DNA of 64,000 bases from Promethearchaeota archaeon (GTDB taxonomy: Archaea; Asgardarchaeota; Lokiarchaeia; Sigyniarchaeales; SOKP01). The notes beneath the pieces were generated by a model. That model was not told the DNA's origin, made no database searches, and worked only from the letters and a program-made list of their open reading frames with translations. Location of the stretch: positions 64,001-128,000 of the forward strand of contig JAHLWS010000077.1 in NCBI GenBank assembly GCA_019057795.1, in the 5' to 3' direction. The first letter of the stretch is position 1, and each line of letters begins with the position of its first letter. The position numbers were made by a program, and so were the translations under genes. Below are positions 36,801-38,424 of the stretch, in pieces.

Positions 36801-37494
36801 ACATTTAAGACTTTTTGACGAAAAGATCGTGAGCAAGAAAGGATATGATAAGAAGTTATGGCATGATGACAGAATTTTGGCGTACCATGTAATCTCCTTG
36901 CTTTGCAGAGATCTAGGATTCGATCCCCTAACATTTAGACCGTTAAATCCGCAAATTTTTGACAAAAATTCGGCAACTGGTCTTTATGCCCGTCATCATC
37001 TTGACACCCTCAAGAAATTTTCAGTGTATTTACAACATCTTTTGCTTACAGATAGTAGTACACATAAAACATACGATAGTCATATAGACTTAGAGGATCA
37101 AAAAATTCTTTTGAAAATTATAAACGATTTAATTCAAAACGACGGTTCAGGTCCAAATAAAGAAATTACGGCTAATGATGTCGAGAAGGCATTCTTAGAC
37201 AATTTTGGAGATCCTAAAAAAGTTAAGTTTTACCTCGATAACTATTGGGATTGGAAATCGATTAATTTTCAAGATTATTTAAAAGAATTTAATAAAAGAA
37301 GGGATATGATGAAAAACGGGGAGTATGAAGAATTTATTAAGACTAAGTTTAATGATGCATACAGGCGATTCTTTAACGATGCTATGGGTATTCTTAACTC
37401 ACTGACGGAGCTTTCAGATTTTAAAGGGTATAGATTAAGTAGAGTTTTCAGTATCGCTGACATCGATTACCTTAAGAGAGTCTTTAGCATTTAG
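3832..37494 (+). CDS. giant membrane-anchored surface protein (11,220 aa) with LamG/Ig-like/FG-GAP modules and C-terminal HNH-like nuclease; putative polymorphic toxin
   Basis: Uninterrupted 33.7-kb ORF. Five N-terminal hydrophobic helices; LamG motifs (SFDGDG, FVISAWIKP, FTGKIDNVTVF); D.T.P/D.AGN Ig-like signatures; DIDGNG and DLNGDG loops; late hydrophobic helices; C-terminal GFDPLTFRPL...ARHHLD...HLLLTDSSTH. The CDS is certain; the function is inferred. Confidence 0.9.
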   Translation: MDKFYFGNYEDPFSLKPKSNNKNHLTLKVVDINSNTSQLNEKKQKLDKNSNKKLRFEKGKKTLLILIKCCLVFCCIGFLVYILTLSYSSNTVVSNNNSGIFIFMIFAFASLSLSLFLNSNKRKKGSALWIFLFLILGASIYNYWLFYPLQILLIPITIILIYTLLYTRKNNRNNRKLRPVSLIAIFLIGLPLFLSIPSLIGINTPDYQFGKINPGDRIEIESSIDPAKLQYYSNFDEFELTINDLFVTRCAISPKFGAASTVQVRLIPQDVSDVEGYYVRDHYDVGSDYIVGPKSNFSMYTNIPLNTLDLLPGSYKAQIAYSELTVGGFKTSEPQEYTISLEKDNLKAVPYEDFGLEVEYGSVYTIKQNNSWNIVFSGKIVNSLHEAVPVQNLSLYIEEYDKFVKVAMVNTDENAHFYYNHTIYGSMETNLLVKVESNAEHARYKKLEHIEYAGIEYKTDKFYFTPDGDDADSFPDWPFSLYDLLFALQSAELHEMPHQWDDFELGMNDETLSTGDLEYDDGNENHIYAYGEFQASLWAIVTWKPSGTVESMDYLHYAYRMDAQYQNFYIYNWNTSAYEDITAFPNSGSVTLTPEYYDEDYYVKVRFFASTGGIPVLSSSNPHTASPGGVEADLWIDQLRIDYTGDPTPPPPPEPLAFCAEFDDGSGIYTYDSVNNFEGILHGNALWTNGMYGTYCLSFDGDGTVYVPEVIGTTIYTTYADVSYKEKSGLVKSVEHVELILTGTSNSYQLTKFQNIDNCIPFVTMKQDVGDDWDNIPCDVYFTNTGTPTVHAERAGSLNSVTLSIYIVEFDETRVNVQSGSFSSSGTTSDPTINEVDLSKAVPLAYYKVDGGDDDWDGAMVSTDFLDSTTIHMERDQSSGTMSGHYYVFETQGSGFSVQKAELSMSTSDGYDTATINSIDMSKSFIVSSYEAAVMNDDSEDAAVDVWLNSPTEVRAERHSESYYSGAIPTINVFVVTFSGNESVQRGDFTWGASDDYKETDITEVDLYSAMIKSNIYGIIQCDGTQGNDVKPSFVKHEFIDNNTIRLERYTNGEDGIGHWEVVQWELVQYYNGIVRPNNDNLAQWEASEANSHYELLNDNVIDPAAPYINESYIYTSSFNNESVSDILEMDTITIGSDRIVSQILLKVYGKEINIASTIDVYIGGQWLGAKNLDMNTNPGWHTYIWSSLNVSQSDLDSMQIKFESEQPELADPIYENYDYVAWGDILDNPLGTSSNEFVISAWIKPTIFSSKQSENGIKNVFISKNGNLEIGIDENGFVELYIKTSDIETSASYGVHYAVKLNQFNYISILYNQSNVDVLINDFWYTSAIGANPEPWNASGNIASGGNFAIGLETISFSSCFTGKIDNVTVFRGALSHEEIEAYRNLLEISCTVLKDDEQNGWTPVNSSEVLAGYINFQCNKTAGIQNEIKALEFYLSTYEPAFFEDPVPDDWSLIKTITYDSISNSYVIHSRDLPDEEEFYFIVRAVYKNDIENVTFDCFSTPFSISHFINGSLSFTYTARGNRINQNSQIGVILNDGFEWWHINYLDVYVNYSENIEFLTSVNITELYYNHQFIDLDILESWIENRGLSNRETNINFLIAANYTFGPEFPTYAYNYTLDQVILDTKGPDITIGSPNPFGTTYNDPDNHILTANITFTDEHFTSVSLDYMYDTHEVGSEIWRNIGTFVGEGPSLLVNFSILNMRDNKIIFRFSCLDDLANSLVLSDSGLWIVKDMNNHGNFIVEGLDNELYGLDGDDTIDLSLKVIPVDNDIDKVVLSTLYETFELTYVYYNKDFIYFEDVGSEDIRLNASFYDVIGTEFSYITIDIKLYQGATLIAYDEKVITATDTIFEDTVEISNIEIDTEIETHNIWMSFANGTNAYNNTHGIPFVLNNNFPVVKLYDSNNILTATIPLQPWCDNYATEVYDAVSIEIVDNHFIITLPNPATGEVCSIKEVWVNFTQYEFSYLINSDGDLFVQLLTEEDIDGIYASSGPIEVKYGVSTALRNTRQFYTTFDFTTIPQDEYVVLGEFCDISGSISSFTMNDTIPIDFEGPYAFKQFENGVSVNPDTGSISFIITDYSNIADYYFNVSFTEGYWVLDGTLYTFYFNSDSVPEGITFLKLTCKDSLGYNSSVDFNIVFDKTAPNIVQLYKDNDISNHLFLINVSISDISDYTIYLKCVNCYSSVVYDDMEYTALEIEDNMWQIVFDTSQLPNGYYDVYICGTDSAGNYAEKLIDPYFDNTPPQIVSITDKIFAEGENIYNNTIANTIFFNDQKYISLTAVDETESGFDWASVSQELGYQMGVQSVVMYYTEPLAWHNLSIAGTFNYDILSYEIIGYDQSSDKSRIKNIQAIKIAGHLVDKFSILMSGTSLILKIDEQYRFLLSSENTDEITALFYEYTDKNGIPLEFDNINKEWDLLSSGTNYFNVSEFLSLSEGEEFLFWFSLKDNLPNEFISHVFKGIYDRAIIRNSNNSLFSWHLGTNSTGAGVLIFGSDTYEDSTIQIDTSSIALDVWNEEDITRVYFYGSEDETTWQIIGRAYYSSKETLWSYYWNGELLKSQGQLPPKNYFIKSILFDKAGNYIIENSKIHIYDYIEFNLITNLVFGEILEFDENLLENIHDITGTIENFIGDVNLWDVIAQYYDPLANEWIPLNINPAVIATQGTYTITWDINADYMFMESMYDFNYTYLPMHVTPKTDADLWGSWGIFTENGTWQPIIVSQVGSLLDITIYQFNETLGWLVDYSISTEATIGTLEGQVFKLTDIDGNGISEIIRISPSQLDVLYLKESSIWVIKENIIARTGFEYFSFDFSFNSFGDCTMIIHQQDTSGNSYLSKYIFDSEFNLEFIKEVGAPLNFDITSIKIINQFSSDSRKAILIGGLMENSYSSQLLEYDFDLNFKNIVLESILGKISVIDYGELDGVDMIMLGIDRITIGRMDAVIALNQIAGTETWNEFELTGFDDVKFKVYDMLIISENNIKKLLLASETGVYETTFEYKEDLSTITSPICFIHEIFARDELSSGTPTIELVHQPIYSIEKIFYKSANKWIELDIDEVLVRHSRRDVELDLTSVWSGLSYLKIAYAFESFVAEETSMVDPSFDWKEGTSNTQSISAFGKFFDASTLPLMWLNPTSTYINPNWNSLPNAMTYRYSPVISKLGTSTMYPAISNTWGPEYNIPELENSLIHYDGTYDSGILVEDLSGQEFTRDDLADDEFYGQFENNYIDGVWISNPVQSTNYNFTEMYNDIIYSTNGIYNEYLSTQMVLVKNRINSYYVDASYTQSGISSTGSLPSGSIYKYLSQASTKDVEYALSSWDEYLSIYMNNEDTYSLELTCELPVVDRNGIDSIQIALDGSIVSSDFSKNYPLSIQMFNFNYNSGQGRWESIPMGNVYYSSGKYYYDISSSSFPFKERNVFDYDFWTWEDSTLVDAFRPNWGTTASNDMSTINFGDCFPSVVDASGNAWFDTTVFNPIYGSNFMIPSHTDNYVRNTLWSDDYRVLYYDDSHISNSNKFQFTNLEVDPSDFCTTSTPFPAPTSSTVFSPANFYNDFVSENSEFKVRIITQKEAGQAGSAYLCIGDLKTYVHTDSNYLNYKNFEYEGIHHVSDNIDVTISGVELGGKSGFKEVDTKYLEDKYNEPHDVYKASFTFDYDVKDQGGKFYFSLNDHVTYCVNDDNSQLYFPGYGNEFIFYYNCSTGWWEAYLNPQDFSTPIWNYQEGVTQVEIAPQVTSECAGSQKLIVSSMESQFLKRIRDKYDFADYKTLVANDKTGQYVDLLDMDFEEAFMTPENTFAQVSSDIDLYYSFNDEMVQENLENGLWSMTIDPTFEYDRMDDDYDTPYTYYEEGFIPNGYQSLDFTYITDVNREEVRRWDLRSGDALSDMHDDDGNTYRVTRHGNKNWIYLDPNTRNHVNVMDFYQIYMSNYHVDSTSGFESSNWYKLIDGYEAYIRAYGSIPSMAGYDTWHLLRQGIRIPCPNFNPSDPVDSISGRISARSWCLPGTNFAGGIDIISKYGQNVNLRNLYWSMVEPINYDFQLYGPNLNDFIHFDGNQYYIELQVWDAAYSEYDGSYYWNINLNLFTDQVYVDVMWGMGSTSTFEVDAVDDTINNDFMLFFQGEYYDPEPPYRTSELYINNQVEISNLGSKTIHKLVDASVLGNMYIPIAQPLSDDDNYIDIDYLFLYRMNQQTTIPIANKDGIILPSTLSNTYNDTITHPFVKYDPFLGNNTVRFTLGRSVLTHIFGRGSSTQIYANATLDDVRLLFNLFPPDESYVNFPTTHQYVEGFDNNKHNPEDLRDYDNYAISRFKNSALDDIQIPLVSPIILDFSDDTSDFENDFSLELALDLDIALNNRLVNSNWSLRFRLLYYNYVSGKWKDINSLLWAESEGQAEPVWDPDWSDNHIVYLKNASAELSNRLIPIQDNSDITILNPICFDTLNSDMISQGKMKLAFISYIMPGNLSVDTQGYFSYERFDPMVPINISQTVTVLDASISSYLDRSLNLENYLTKSLVLDNSKANMSAVENIGEILAVRGIFEDENGIIYEYLIDDYTIENDELVINSPMADIFCNVSIEYVPEVELEYRHNRWYLPDSLHIDSINFTQPFFVSNLKDDNKFYGTYVYKDTGVGYVLMYDITGQYAGVYVDFDDPAQVTGTPRGAVRYGKFNDISLTEFSLTDELLYQYDVLSSPSNWTGGTLNLQISAGFNDVLYSELSQVWCDSYNIVIELYKLDSNNLLTKIGTITEDLDTFLLGFHVYDLEIDLLEDILFEQNGQQLFGEAVAMNLGNDLYMTIKTSIENTTVDGYLFEGFYAQEIHSATLKIDASDSGLRVNGNLIDKTYMEIVQNHTMLTKTENGLYEFDSLKYDFKVEIKNLYVEGVKLQEFADYEFDQENSQLLLIANYSDYSGLLFADISYRAFEWKKGMVSALEPVRVSFDHEYMEKITKYLEIELGYSSTGFPGYEVEVIDEATGKVLLASEEKGAEMLNIYMYNYMKGKWEKIQFVAYDDYRESNSISYVADRNYLTFENFFNRTVAGTFEMQFLPTIEASIGKCFLSTIGFDINSINAKIYYSSPQMGFFANPQIEFDVDITQYIKNKNICIDEITLDLSFAGEVLLDTAFIYSDYAIIEEVFNIYLRNEYLEFEEYQLNEDGSIIILRGDLNRLLYYDIANDKYYIRVMLEYDWTCHLDLSLGGNSMLDIVATLNLIKYDLTVTYTIHKTTRISAQKIDIPYELVPILAPNYMQDNETITILDDDEQLDIGVFGGFLRNVDTRQRLMLRQQLIYNFTEAQEGWSQIILDQEYTDLIMRFISPVGYLNTPIEYLTDNTYFAFVADHEVVSVELYWKNGSLYEKIGDMIPNDEYPTLFEYTWYDISENTEALTNDIVGIMFKLTDIFNNTNQYDYNLTADFTPPQPSISVGDGSESFESMNADPLTSIEFINNEQVGNFIEYYRIIDLISGQASEWINFNSSEIFILNDLIDTPTNFSIEYKIIDAAGNENSTLLYNNGYEFMLFSRKISIYLTDNTIDLNSDSIYEREIIFEDNNQFNGEDLDIYINGFKYGTAVSNGTHYIISFGTENNESSLMAYSDSLMSENIYSNTNPLNHVSWKITEDNLFGVSKHVLVNGDIVIINPLTYNATATLELAHLYDGSFALPNFMRLQQVYYYNASNNDICYLIYGKDYIITDASGTIVFPEGSLVHDLFENHTSEVLRGLIYFEYAASKVCDLLSLSNADGLFVNFIMPAVFYDHTTIEKLTVRVQDFLGNSFVKVFYDLDLRKYFLEGEKDKYETDIYGLGKMMVIPLYIDFNELSFSNPGVTFDLSLLETISFEVSDSKRWPGSFMQEYEEFSVLNLPYQRIAITDLSLYNLICDSVEEDEDNYVASSFKVIAPNYYNYYAQDEFKIKRLDIAFTNVMAFANNSQITQGSEVDVEYSDYIELNYLFNNTILPVLLNDIITLPITLNNATGSNEILAFSIANWITKSDIDSLSGYTNYYYSKFQVPPVLGEYYSTFGSTGTPIFNIAFVNPPIFTLNITQESLYEPEPIYLSKNSYELEYGNSLLLEGCIKDNDEYLIEDEIYLYEYQEAMDGETVHVLKIIAPVDDANFISKEEFAIYYVNRELKKLPLFSTLNNKFFKNDTILKNNTNPEITYVNNKYLLTIYWNTTINEFIDYDTHLLITYKAVRGRPISPASYSTVDSYGNNIYSNLIEIPFARYNMITRSWEFEDDFTEQFIVDKNLLYEDVEGTSATLQGIQYDDGQVIQTGVISLEGIYVNWSGSNTFELLNESRYSWDINQNGELHITGLPYNSSGDVFRILYYGINPTPIIHSLINPVSSIYSIKVINNTGFEYEFEVGTDYVISEDGYAIYFKDLYNTILKSGNFSIYSRFLISYHSTHSRKIDLSRNLLLMLQDSSGHDIPVDNIPVDNLGFFKYQQSLKENSPLSIPVGGGERIVHMSLAYLPISVYNISSGGFVNLSYEVENGNKIYSHKEGNWVKFFSIITNPKKVKLEMVEDPSQNIVITQKFYEEREYQYNYNPLETLEKGEEYTKVMIDALVKDDYEFTFKLTTFEDKPIKDSIVWMHLGFMPKSKTKFLNERALINDLDLHPYFESFGTEEITSIGPGVGPQKMFGKPLTYEIKNYTSEQNAYGPYAWVYGITDALGEVTFNVSFDQDFREDFARCFGSREGITSVEDNVLYLRAFSTYFESWEDMAINNPEQYICSRDGDIFDGSTIIENYNFTGMITQDSTYVEGPVRVHKKDTALAIADSISYDLPDPDLQENRYDDLRLHLYVTEAHPIPNAKGSFSIEDLTRQYTMRELEATAKSILEDENNYEAHIKIYDPSGNYIITFKPPIIETPDGGGYISIDNESLVDTLLKCGPGLSSLVIYIPESEYYKNSPVVTIPIEIRPPNWLKFGEKNTKIPLIDPFVSAWGSAYNNEKEMTFESNYPFLTGTVWVEPFYNSTGAESSVQDYIDINLDCTIYNGDGTTSTFPLQNNIMLRPGNRDGILTFSIGLGPESAFLMGLQCDLNLSFNIDFNKDQIFEEKRNVEIVLLDLRLESNPSSNTPNTIWSIYDNEFISSDITVDIIDDTITKHDDTILNLGGVKNGQIYGQEIAFLFSDDTLEYGLDADSELLSLLALTGIEALKVVGIKDGDEYEFEQGTEWTIPYYSSGFLYNNSIIRFTGASIPDSGTEFSITYQLTFTFAQNKYYGNITLGYTNSYNESSIELQLPDGFLPESDESYSPMFTRFTDNFTGTGSQTQFKLNYGLSGVTQWNDNYFIIYNEQELNNTFGQFAKGVSQEHPTLTFSQAPLNNSKIIITYGIKSQYILSYGFQKVDKSFSDSIRLMDTDDTSPKIIDESNSEMSALTFENSSLYISLDNSDEKTILKLINVPLLYSPELNITFTFDHLILDLLDSYGNDFNNLAIEFKYITNDGYYEFYSDPLIIPLNYSEISSNIIDNTYAISYNKDLQAIYDVVGADSVDIEIIIHQSGKSNNYIPYLILNQYDYLSDTHLVETYDRMPLNEYCNLDINSVITTPHYFQIFSRPFVDGAYGDSPFNLFDGSQVTVALTDLPNSTLVSLDRNGDNYNFNYLGTSNTLSVSEDNFYMIPNLGMFIDTYNIDEMLYQDGYLDLYYGSGTEIDGEKQYNNNIFMDYAGVPVEDYTSSILNNAPTSWNNTYDFTNKFLTTDAITAEGRVFYHQIFDLDADLNSSSVINNIFPNYANDIYFGLQLTSNFDIDEIRAVGKPYFYSLSVQGFPTGKYKENYCSIHTTSSGDFEPTPTLYTLNIDEDYTLDYDENGTAYVLFFRPVSDLSSYTDSQNKIMIDYWVNHQFINNYDYYIKENPEDPYTSQIEWDYSYIDYDTFHLHPDFTGETYFTVDYLALEWEIFDDEYIKDGDDSFDFQPREFYNVSVLYTGDTSTDEFSVQYIVPEGQYLEDHIIFPTIYALAQIGDDEETMKVIKIYNSLMDNYISQNAPDSYDYTVNFAEIETYINTYYPSYQLVENSFMYITAEYDSILLRYPMGHTPFNYDYLGPDHYAYHIALYINGEFIAYSNETVFNDYVLKVEDNYIYFNNKSQGQPGYIAPNSEIQLIYKFKVQPGLLDRKHFLIVTYPWTNVFDTPYNPIVPDDQITYREKYRKLSGGSIISPFEYSLSIENRYSLYLSYRLNEREYYEEKFEISSEYYKSSKDGYVYNFITQQLDNYVDVLELDGENSINVYYFDTLGNMKFLDPSQYVVNIALREIIIKNDGNLLVKSNKISEFYISFIPKSNDKEFAAYRFSYDPTETITLTMDMTYWDIIGLEGLDVIPNLDAYYFLNEHESTIGNTVCHASQVAAYLSEGYELEFNIIGELGGFDQELNNGIHNGEYLAFYIDTNIKNIESLEYLTIEVHNNSGKMSKFSKNMTREELEMADFTIKIDLPTESNTLQKIRFIPHFREDNEYSIDNTQGISRMQTIQWATEQVIVLEDGQEYMPITLDHDLKTELNGFELAYVYNDKLQYLTFPEGFALSYNYDEITESYRFLIPTVYTNPDTHEIVEFKEEQLLLIRYNSPVKRGIAIGIGKMYFEHKGYNYDAHLDIPKAELLLVNADSEKACSEFTSDYYYQIPIELTPFETELNNRYKAIKIDLNLTSLYELTSSTILNFSHIIFSVPDPSYELTVNEVLILEKSYETTIEYGSMDSRVWQYTEIEMFTSSASPEEDSYQLTLENTPLFHPDSEWLDYLNIYDEDGNYYTAGINGNDHQLHYEPSTNIFTWNNEFNQFPEYFGMEFQEPLIIEPNKTLFFEYTTNTSWTEPVRIKVENLDLESIRVIYDYNYLLKPEFYDWYSQEFSMEHSYENIAYSFKEEAEYKVIQYYYEFFTVYTNTSEYTHTFDIGDLSFEEDFVNLSTYKVIGLTPTFETEILTDNTEYSIEFNKPSKEIIINDLDTSDGYYLNKFDQITVIINFSYAPISSFTEIFLLDTFNQTYLSDPEDTFYNYIDLDYRYLAISGATLFAEGSDVITSDTTSFTAIDYCRNPDMSINNKLIGYGSELFDNFEIYKDESSIIYVADIDMDGEPDYKHTIDLNGDGIIDIIKYGINDPENPEEIYWYTIIQDIHNEQVKIDQHLDDVKRTEWFDIDDRTFAQFDFNVFELMVCLFTMPTLLYYAARMVLPDVDYWAQKSTQQAINKEEHVSSNFYSVKVDDNRDGIPDSQINYERISVSIYYEVTEYRKTILAAKQQNIIRYLSEYITKSFNSLFGGPTDDGIFNKHLTEDVLDSQDFTSCNLYTRFNAPTLRATYRKFTQNITTAYTDTFEQVTITITDFDDEGEIEEQRFYKDDFKTGEVDNVEDYFSDLSAEHSITNVDTGQETMVSFDPELPFSHPVNISWDTKTWGPDNVPIKYDSLQVIGEDYSYSTNAFETTIIIRIPNRFSLYNDFGKISRSSVENDGWVEFEVKGLLITPQDGKVYYTSDVDSFIDGTAKISGHYFYVDSNEGKDGFYETVYILSDTYVRPDSSGIPKYNVMSIGLNYDFLPDFVPYEKIDKTEHEVSDFSNVAKETKMFGDKWIYNFARLENCELLKKTESKLEKFGLKSKDQIFEIYKLVEPSEQNSKFSTLFYEIRHKTYSKAWEQYRKQLLGDIVQQVFMSVVASTLSAAIDAITVGTGHPLATFTYFMVYSLMTKFYIDLQLHEADSKIRSETFYPESAKVRNPISLNEKSLGDRILGDSMAAALIGHPGGYYTTVSGGEPGNQYTAQLLVSPPNLARCLNAFGGFLNLLGENFLNMGESDPDSYWALDYDDMNLDFYLLTSELPSYNQKKYYTYENTDSLLSLYNWYWANTLGYLETRVKSASHYQLDAIRPTCIDGVPQYEFIDSSSYEQVLLQSVLYKPIVISKELYNQINPVPGHLVVQVQSKDYDNTEGVNAYDLEDLEFRAGYKAKVPLNNHSFEYPIQYISIDIIRDHKYEGSSFIVQNLIIDDSYFSIDCGNLYFTKTIEQIIIRNYEGLEDDYQKESLQSLQHIWVETSPDASIYYNIHIVFDLVVPDTTEETTNLALSQATFYTVMDYFNQYGYAQTTANMISEIAYTETLTFWSTLISAPLVFFGSWTVMGTDKWIAKSGLTKVAADLGKNVAIKRMLVGALVSFATAPLKEVVEEIVKDGFIEALCENIVGLTPLSDDVGFWLSSFATSAREVGGALGQLALGGPMTSLKTSISLLKVRFTVDADIRKAIRLEIEQEIETKKETKRQEEESTSSWKKLLMTGIYTVISLIIPMCYFGTFDLLGLTRFKHAIKDTIKYSPKAYGEIRSKLEAHRLDKYFKGRPEYSEQNMFANRLQEITKQPADLESAKSTLNDYFEQQPLVAILSHINYNPKEVQARQELAKKFNEIQLSNWIGELTQDYRFEDKKSEFEAIRQNFKNVDFQIAKKDIISAIRDALQDKKDLRYVDINGIVMYDPNFVLVGLPHFNPEQEIDIVFNQPIKDFVKDLKKQYYTISYEVKLALIKGDKIIYVDENSNQHMTRWLIGNGYSKDETVYIIPVDKDYYGPLYEKDYWRGTGNPSPYVSHFNKFREKLQDLLYGPHLISRNTKTATDNFFFNYNYLESVAAKMKAGTQFDIEETTLLNMQARFLNKLEEHYKEGQMTEREYVEHTCEVNELFNNQYAIYGYIVANPFYFEGRFNALKIGDILMDYKIITKNSLIGKDSLYEFIKSFGGSKSALTMVNYKKEKPSQHLSKYSIPMESTYNKLKKSFYDAVMDYANKHSEITNEIAKKVVDKIDALINNFIQVIRETETARNLFKGYSSSNPRVDLLMRIQNCHPALRRVSSLEKFSTLLFDDENFIKNNFLRSGKITSRPDLSRLYRIAFSALKWTVLDFDGLVSGLVSESDLEAIGNNVENVIYKWMLRNPSDPSSPNPWSSYFTETPRRFGRLQPKSFLKLEHELKQSLVHAASAFTEEDISSIKKLANALKMSPPSFEKLLSPGSTSASVKDLLRAKSTIVSYILDASMTEEKLKFYDRALVKIDEYIATRHLRLFDEKIVSKKGYDKKLWHDDRILAYHVISLLCRDLGFDPLTFRPLNPQIFDKNSATGLYARHHLDTLKKFSVYLQHLLLTDSSTHKTYDSHIDLEDQKILLKIINDLIQNDGSGPNKEITANDVEKAFLDNFGDPKKVKFYLDNYWDWKSINFQDYLKEFNKRRDMMKNGEYEEFIKTKFNDAYRRFFNDAMGILNSLTELSDFKGYRLSRVFSIADIDYLKRVFSI
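6028..7026 (+). repeat. four tandem ~83-aa beta-rich repeats inside the giant protein
   Basis: Units begin SVEHV (6028), NVQSG (6277), SVQKA (6520) and SVQRG (6778). They share I..VD.SK[AS]-like and ..ER-type motifs and end in YIVEF/YVFET/FVVTF/EVVQW. Confidence 0.75.
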
Positions 37495-37531
37495 ATTTTA
37501 GATTTTAGGTTATTAGAAATCTGTCGCACTA

Positions 37532-37543
37532 CAAAGATTTAAA
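37532..37543 (+). promoter_or_regulatory. candidate BRE/TATA promoter for the small zinc-finger gene pair
   Basis: CAAAGA-TTTAAA about 33 nt upstream of ATG 37576. It is absent in front of the second copy. Confidence 0.35.
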
Positions 37544-37575
37544 TTTTTAATTAACCATATTAAGTTTGACTAAAA

Positions 37576-37917
37576 ATGAAAAACGGCAGGACTATAAGCA
37601 TTAAGGACCCGAGATTACAGAAAATTAGGAATAATATAAGACTGCTCATTTTAAATGAATGCTCAAGGCGAAGATCAGAAATTAGAGATCAAGAGCATGA
37701 TTTAACTCACGACAAGGACGGAAAATATGTAAAGATTTCTCCTGAAACTAGCGAAATTTTACAGAATCTTACTGACAAGTGGTGGGAGATCGAGCGTCCC
37801 TTAAGAGCTTCCGCAGTAATATGCGCAGGTTGCGGCAAACACGATAGAGACGTGACTTATCACCGAAAGTCTCGTTCTTGGTTCTGCGTGCGGTGTTATA
37901 AAGAGAGGTATGGCTAA
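37576..37917 (+). CDS. small C4 zinc-finger protein, putative immunity protein copy 1
   Basis: 113 aa, helical N-terminus then CAGC-x17-CVRC; 81 bp downstream of the giant gene. Confidence 0.8.
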   Translation: MKNGRTISIKDPRLQKIRNNIRLLILNECSRRRSEIRDQEHDLTHDKDGKYVKISPETSEILQNLTDKWWEIERPLRASAVICAGCGKHDRDVTYHRKSRSWFCVRCYKERYG

Positions 37918-37963
37918 CTTTTTTCTTTATTTTCGCTTGATTAAGTATTAAGTTTGACTAAAA

Positions 37964-38305
37964 ATGAAAAACGGCAGGACTATAAGCATTAAGGACCTGA
38001 GATTACAGAAAATTAGGAATAATATAAGACTGCTCATTTTAAATGAATGCTCAAGGCGAAGATCAGAAATTAGTGATCAAAAGCATAATTTAACTTTTGA
38101 TGAAAATGGGAATTATATTCGAGCTTCTGAAGAAACTACTAAGATTATACAAGGTCTTACTGACAAGTGGTGGGAGATCGAGCGTCCCTTAAGAGCTTCC
38201 GTAGTCAAGTGCGCTGGTTGTAACAACAATAATCGAGACGTGACATATCACCGAAAGTCTCGTTCTTGGTTCTGCGTACGGTGTTATAAAGAGAGGTATA
38301 GCTAA
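37964..38305 (+). CDS. small C4 zinc-finger protein, putative immunity protein copy 2
   Basis: 113 aa, 90/113 identical to copy 1 by manual alignment. Confidence 0.8.
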   Translation: MKNGRTISIKDLRLQKIRNNIRLLILNECSRRRSEISDQKHNLTFDENGNYIRASEETTKIIQGLTDKWWEIERPLRASVVKCAGCNNNNRDVTYHRKSRSWFCVRCYKERYS

Positions 38306-38424
38306 CTATTTTCTTTATTTTCGTTTGATTAATTTCGATTAATTCCTAAAAAAGTACGCCGACGGGCCTACTGATAAGAAAATTAAATAACCATGAGATA
38401 TATTATAACAATAACAGTGAGAAT

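Larger units (their letters stand above)
37558..38332 (+). repeat. tandem direct duplication, 388-bp unit x2
   Basis: TATTAAGTTTGACTAAAAATGAAAAACGGCAGG occurs at 37558 and 37946. The 3' tails (TTTTCTTTATTTTCG.TTGATTAA) also match. Confidence 0.95.

Noticed and set aside
5135-37463. Many 60-160 aa ORFs overlapping the giant gene (e.g. 33972-34454 minus)
   Set aside because: Antisense or alternate-frame shadows with no motifs, as expected inside a long coding sequence.
37491-37517. TTAGATT-type 7-mer repeated about three times after the giant gene stop
   Set aside because: Short, AT-rich and without spacers; not a CRISPR array.
37558-38332. Diversity-generating retroelement TR/VR pair (copy 2 has AAC AAC AAT AAT)
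   Set aside because: Many differences are at non-adenine positions in both copies (cac/ttt, agc/act), both units are full genes, and there is no reverse transcriptase in the window.
1-38400. Provirus or integrative element carrying the giant gene
   Set aside because: No integrase, capsid, terminase or att repeat is visible. The left boundary may lie outside the window, so it cannot be excluded.
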